DNA from: Pseudomonadota bacterium
GTDB lineage: Bacteria; Bdellovibrionota_B; Oligoflexia; Oligoflexales; RGVZ01
Assembly: GCA_026390495.1 (NCBI GenBank)
Contig: JAPLFV010000308.1
Span: forward strand, 22,332-54,508
Direction: 5' to 3'
DNA: 32,177 nt
Positions within the stretch are counted from its first letter, which is position 1. Every line of letters begins with the position of its first letter. The translations under genes were made by a program, and so were the position numbers. Below, in pieces: positions 28,850 through 32,177 of this stretch. The notes under the pieces are model-generated. The model did no database searches, was not told where the DNA came from, and saw only the letters and a program-made list of their open reading frames with translations.

Positions 28850-29590
28850 GTGACAATTCAATGGCGAAATCTTTTGAAAGCCATATTGCTTTTGGGAGTT
28901 ATGAATACAGTTACCGCTTGTAAAGATGGTGCTAAGGAAAGCTCTTCTGCTCAAGGCCCAAAGGATCCCGCTTGCTCTAGTAAAACTGCGGCTCAATGTT
29001 CAAAGAGTGCTGACTGCACAACTAGTGGAACTGAATGTATCGTGAGCTCGACTTTTTGTAAAAAATTTGCAGCAAAGGACGAATGTGCAAAAATGACCTC
29101 CTGCAGTTGGGATGAGACGTTAGAGTCTTGTGATGCGCCAAAGTCGTCTGGGACAGGCGGAACTGGTGGTTCAGGCTCAGATTCCACCGCAACTTGCGAG
29201 TCCATTACAAGTTCTGCTGAGTGCGGGACTAACTTTAGTTGTGAATGGAATGCTGGATTAAACCGATGTTTGAGCAAATCAACAACAGATTCAAACTCTA
29301 CTTCAACCTCTTGTGGTCAAATTTTCAATCAAACGTCATGTGCAGCTAAAACTGGTTGTCAGTGGAATGGAACGACTTGCGTTGCTTCGACGACTTATAG
29401 TTCTTGCGGTAGCTACACTCAGACACAGTGCGTTGCGCCTTTGTGTTCTTGGACGGGAACACAATGTATTGAGGCAAACACCAATGGAACTGGAACAAAC
29501 GCATCTTGTACTGGCAAAGAACTATTGATGTGCTTGTTTGCAAAAGGTTGTACCTGGAAATTCCCAATGGGTCCTTGCCAGGCCAAATAG
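28850..29590 (+). CDS. Cys-rich repeat lipoprotein
   Basis: GGAGG RBS before GTG 28850, lipobox VTAC, six 4-Cys modules with Ser/Thr/Gly linkers. Confidence 0.85.
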   Translation: MTIQWRNLLKAILLLGVMNTVTACKDGAKESSSAQGPKDPACSSKTAAQCSKSADCTTSGTECIVSSTFCKKFAAKDECAKMTSCSWDETLESCDAPKSSGTGGTGGSGSDSTATCESITSSAECGTNFSCEWNAGLNRCLSKSTTDSNSTSTSCGQIFNQTSCAAKTGCQWNGTTCVASTTYSSCGSYTQTQCVAPLCSWTGTQCIEANTNGTGTNASCTGKELLMCLFAKGCTWKFPMGPCQAK

Positions 29591-29655
29591 ATTCGAATCG
29601 CGTAACACATTTAGATTAAATTGAAACCCCAGTGGTTTGAATTCGAAAATTCAAA

Positions 29656-30387
29656 TCACGGTAATTTGATCTCAATATGTTCAATATCATTTGATTTGTT
29701 TGGTGCGACAGCAATCGTTGTACTTGTGAGCTGATAGCCTTTATCATTCTTGTGGACGATGGCAACTTTAGCGGGATCAGATGTTAGATTAACCGACAAT
29801 ATTGAGCTTGTCTGCTCAACGATGGTTGTCAATGTTTTAGTTGTCAAACTGAAATACTGAATGCTTTTTTGATCATCTTCAGAAATTTTCTTGTCATTGT
29901 TTGTCTCTTTATTAATTGTTTCAAAGATGATCCCGATGACTTTTTGCTTTCCCAATTCGCTTTGTATGGAATCAAGCATGAAATGCCAACGTTGAATCAG
30001 TCTTTGATCCGAGTTCCAAATCCAATGCTGTTGATTTGATGATTGATCCAAGATGAGAATATTGGCGTAATGAGTTTTCTCCATTTTTGAACCACTACTA
30101 TGTAATGGATAGTCTCCGTCGTTGTCAGAAGATAGACTGAGTGGAATCATGGCATAATTTGTACCCATGATTGATTCAGGTCGACTGAGTTTCTTGATTT
30201 TTGGAGCGCTTGCAATTGGCTGAGATTCAACGCTCAATGACGGGCTTGTGTGTCGTGTCTTTGGGAGGAAGTTAAGTAATAGAAATGCTCCAGCTAGTAC
30301 GACGCCGACCATGGTAAACAGGATTAGGTATCCATTGATGCGCCAAACTCTGAGGTCGTTTTTTGAAAAGTTGTGTTCGGTTTGCAT
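29656..30387 (-). CDS. Hypothetical membrane-anchored protein
   Basis: AAGGAG RBS before ATG 30387, one N-terminal TM helix, beta-rich soluble part with a degenerate Ca-loop-like segment ETNNDKKISEDD. Confidence 0.7.
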   Translation of the reverse strand: MQTEHNFSKNDLRVWRINGYLILFTMVGVVLAGAFLLLNFLPKTRHTSPSLSVESQPIASAPKIKKLSRPESIMGTNYAMIPLSLSSDNDGDYPLHSSGSKMEKTHYANILILDQSSNQQHWIWNSDQRLIQRWHFMLDSIQSELGKQKVIGIIFETINKETNNDKKISEDDQKSIQYFSLTTKTLTTIVEQTSSILSVNLTSDPAKVAIVHKNDKGYQLTSTTIAVAPNKSNDIEHIEIKLP

Positions 30388-30545
30388 TTTTGTCTCCTTA
30401 CAAGTTGGGATTTTATGAGTGGTAAAGATATGAGCAATGAGGCCACCCAATGGCATTAATGTTTGCTGTATGTAGCATTCGCTGAGAGACTGATTCGTTA
30501 TTTCTTGCACCTTTGACAAATTATAGATTGAGTTACAACTTTGAG

Positions 30546-30929
30546 TTATCTAGCGTCACCCCAATCTGAGTTCTCCGAAAGAGACCCGTAAAAGATATCC
30601 CAAAGAAGTACCGTGGTGGTTCCGATCTCGTTCATTGGCGTTCCGTTTGATAGCTCAAGTGCTTCCTTGTAAGAGTGGGCCTTAATGATTGTAAGGCCCC
30701 CACCGGTGTCAGATTCAGAACCTGGTCCAAAGGCTCCGCCACCACAGGCAACGAGGTTTCCATTGCTGCGAAGCTTTTTTAACCATTGCATGAGCCTGGG
30801 AATTCTTTCTTGAAACTGCTCGTTTGCACGTTCACCTGATTCATTTGCCTTCCAAAGGCATGCAAAAAAAATCTGGCGTTGACCTTCTATTTTTTCAAAA
30901 CTGTTTTCGTGATTTTGTGTCGAGGACAT
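30546..30929 (-). CDS. YciI-like dimeric alpha/beta barrel protein
   Basis: WLKKLRSNGNLVACGG...GGLTIIKAHSYKEALEL..GTP matches the YciI pattern. Start 30929 avoids overlap with the upstream VOC gene. Confidence 0.65.
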   Translation of the reverse strand: MSSTQNHENSFEKIEGQRQIFFACLWKANESGERANEQFQERIPRLMQWLKKLRSNGNLVACGGGAFGPGSESDTGGGLTIIKAHSYKEALELSNGTPMNEIGTTTVLLWDIFYGSLSENSDWGDAR

Positions 30930-30990
30930 ATAACTGGACCTTTTGTCTAACTTTGTCTCTCCATTGAGGTGAGAGGCGCATTTTGAGAAT

Positions 30991-31413
30991 CTAATTTGAG
31001 GCAAATTCGATGGTCCATTCAATTCCATATTTGTCTCGAAACATGCCAAAATAAGAGCCCCAAGGACTGTCGGATATAGGCATTTCAACATTTCCGTCTT
31101 TCGACAATCCACTAAACAACTTGTCGGCCTCTTTGCGACTTTCAACACTTACTGAAATCTTGGACCTATTTTCATTTTCATTGACTCGACCCATAATTTC
31201 GGGGACGTCATTTGCCATCAAAACATTTTTACCTATTGGCAAGGCAATATGCATGATCTTGTTTTTCTCTTTATCGGACACCTTGAAATCCGAACTTTCC
31301 AAGTCTTTAAACCGAATAACTTTTGAAAACTCTCCGCCAAACACTGAGCGATAGAACTCAAAGGCATCTTCTGCGTTTCCATTAAAGTTAATGTAGGGAT
31401 TGATGGTTGGCAT
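30991..31413 (-). CDS. VOC family protein (PhnB/YjdN-like)
   Basis: INPYINFNGNAEDAFEFYRSVFGGE, KIMHIALPIG, LMAND, PWGSYFGMFRDKYGIEW; GAGG RBS. Confidence 0.93.
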   Translation of the reverse strand: MPTINPYINFNGNAEDAFEFYRSVFGGEFSKVIRFKDLESSDFKVSDKEKNKIMHIALPIGKNVLMANDVPEIMGRVNENENRSKISVSVESRKEADKLFSGLSKDGNVEMPISDSPWGSYFGMFRDKYGIEWTIEFASN

Positions 31414-31902
31414 AAATTCTTCCTCATTTAAACCTGTACAAGTCCTATCAAAATATCTTGGGACATAGAGTAGTCTACAACATAAAGGTTGATTGATGCT
31501 ATCGAGTCGCTCTTTCTAAGCAAGATGTTTATTTTTGGGTCGCATAAACATTCCTATCCATCCAGGTTTGCAATGGTGCAATAATCGGCAATATGGAACA
31601 TTTCCAAAACACTTCTAAATATTATAAACTAGTATCAGCAAAACTAGATTTCATTGTAGGTGTCTAGTCCCAATTGTTGAGGACGTTCTTAAAAAGTTTG
31701 TAGAGGCCAAACCCTCATAGGACTCTCATTTTTATCCAGTAGAGTCTGTCTCAGAAACTCTATTTGAACGAAGATTAGTGATCATCGCGTTTATCTTCTC
31801 TCAGTAAGTTTTTTTTTGGAGGGATCTTTTGGTTTATGGAGAGTCAGAAATAAAAAAATCTTAGTATAAGAAAGGCCATAAAAATTGAAATTTACAAAAG
31901 AA

Positions 31903-32177
31903 ATGACGACGATGTTCAACAAGGGTTTAAGGGCGAACCAGCCCGACTATCAATTCTTTCCTAACGAATCTAGTTCTGGCCTTTATTTATTTTGGGCTAT
32001 TTTGTGTAGTCCATTTTTGATTGTTGGCCCGATAGCGTGGATAGGATTCGAGCTGAATCAGTATTTGACCGAAAATGAATCGTGGCATCGTAGATTCGAG
32101 CAGGTTTTGGCGGCTCCTTCAGATAGGCCATCTTTGTTTCTTTTTGGATTGCTTCTGGCAATTTTGTTTATTGTTGG
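31903..32177 (+). CDS. Hypothetical membrane protein, 3' truncated by window edge
   Basis: Manual translation is open to the end: MTTMFNKGLRANQPDYQFFPNESSSGLYLFWAILCSPFLIVGPIAWIGFE...SLFLFGLLLAILFIV (two hydrophobic segments). An in-frame TTG at 31885 is an alternative start. Confidence 0.6.
   Translation, partial: MTTMFNKGLRANQPDYQFFPNESSSGLYLFWAILCSPFLIVGPIAWIGFELNQYLTENESWHRRFEQVLAAPSDRPSLFLFGLLLAILFIV

Noticed and set aside
30930-31148. N-terminal extension of the 30546..31148 ORF
   Set aside because: It overlaps the VOC gene by 158 bp; the YciI-like domain starts after ATG 30929.
31414-31884. Pseudogene or small ORFs in the AT-rich gap
   Set aside because: Only short, stop-interrupted frames with no recognisable homology; not supportable.

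Overview
A ~40% GC, gene-dense bacterial chromosomal segment. Its gene content (CheA-like membrane kinase, vWA lipoprotein, secreted proteases, bactofilin) suggests Bdellovibrionota/Oligoflexia or a related lineage; this is inference only. Housekeeping genes: asnS, rplM-rpsI, sucB-lpdA-sucA, ribD. Other content: a TonB-receptor/ribD/dCMP-deaminase/CDF cluster, a GDPD-lysophospholipase pair, two GT4 glycosyltransferases, several secreted hydrolases and lipoproteins, and two edge-truncated ORFs missing from the ORF track (a TraB/GumN protein at left, a membrane protein at right). I found no CRISPR array, tRNA/rRNA, transposase, phage or defence system, and I cannot claim a clearly new multi-gene system. 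The most notable observations: (1) sucA is split by a ~100-nt frameshifting deletion that removes half of its ThDP-binding motif; (2) an S9-like alpha/beta-hydrolase lipoprotein has Asp at the nucleophile position; (3) a lipoprotein is built from six 4-Cys modules; (4) a CHASE4-HAMP-Hpt-CheA kinase lacks a CheW domain; (5) a CGTC-tagged REP element carries a 3x40-bp expansion next to a long unexplained hairpin.
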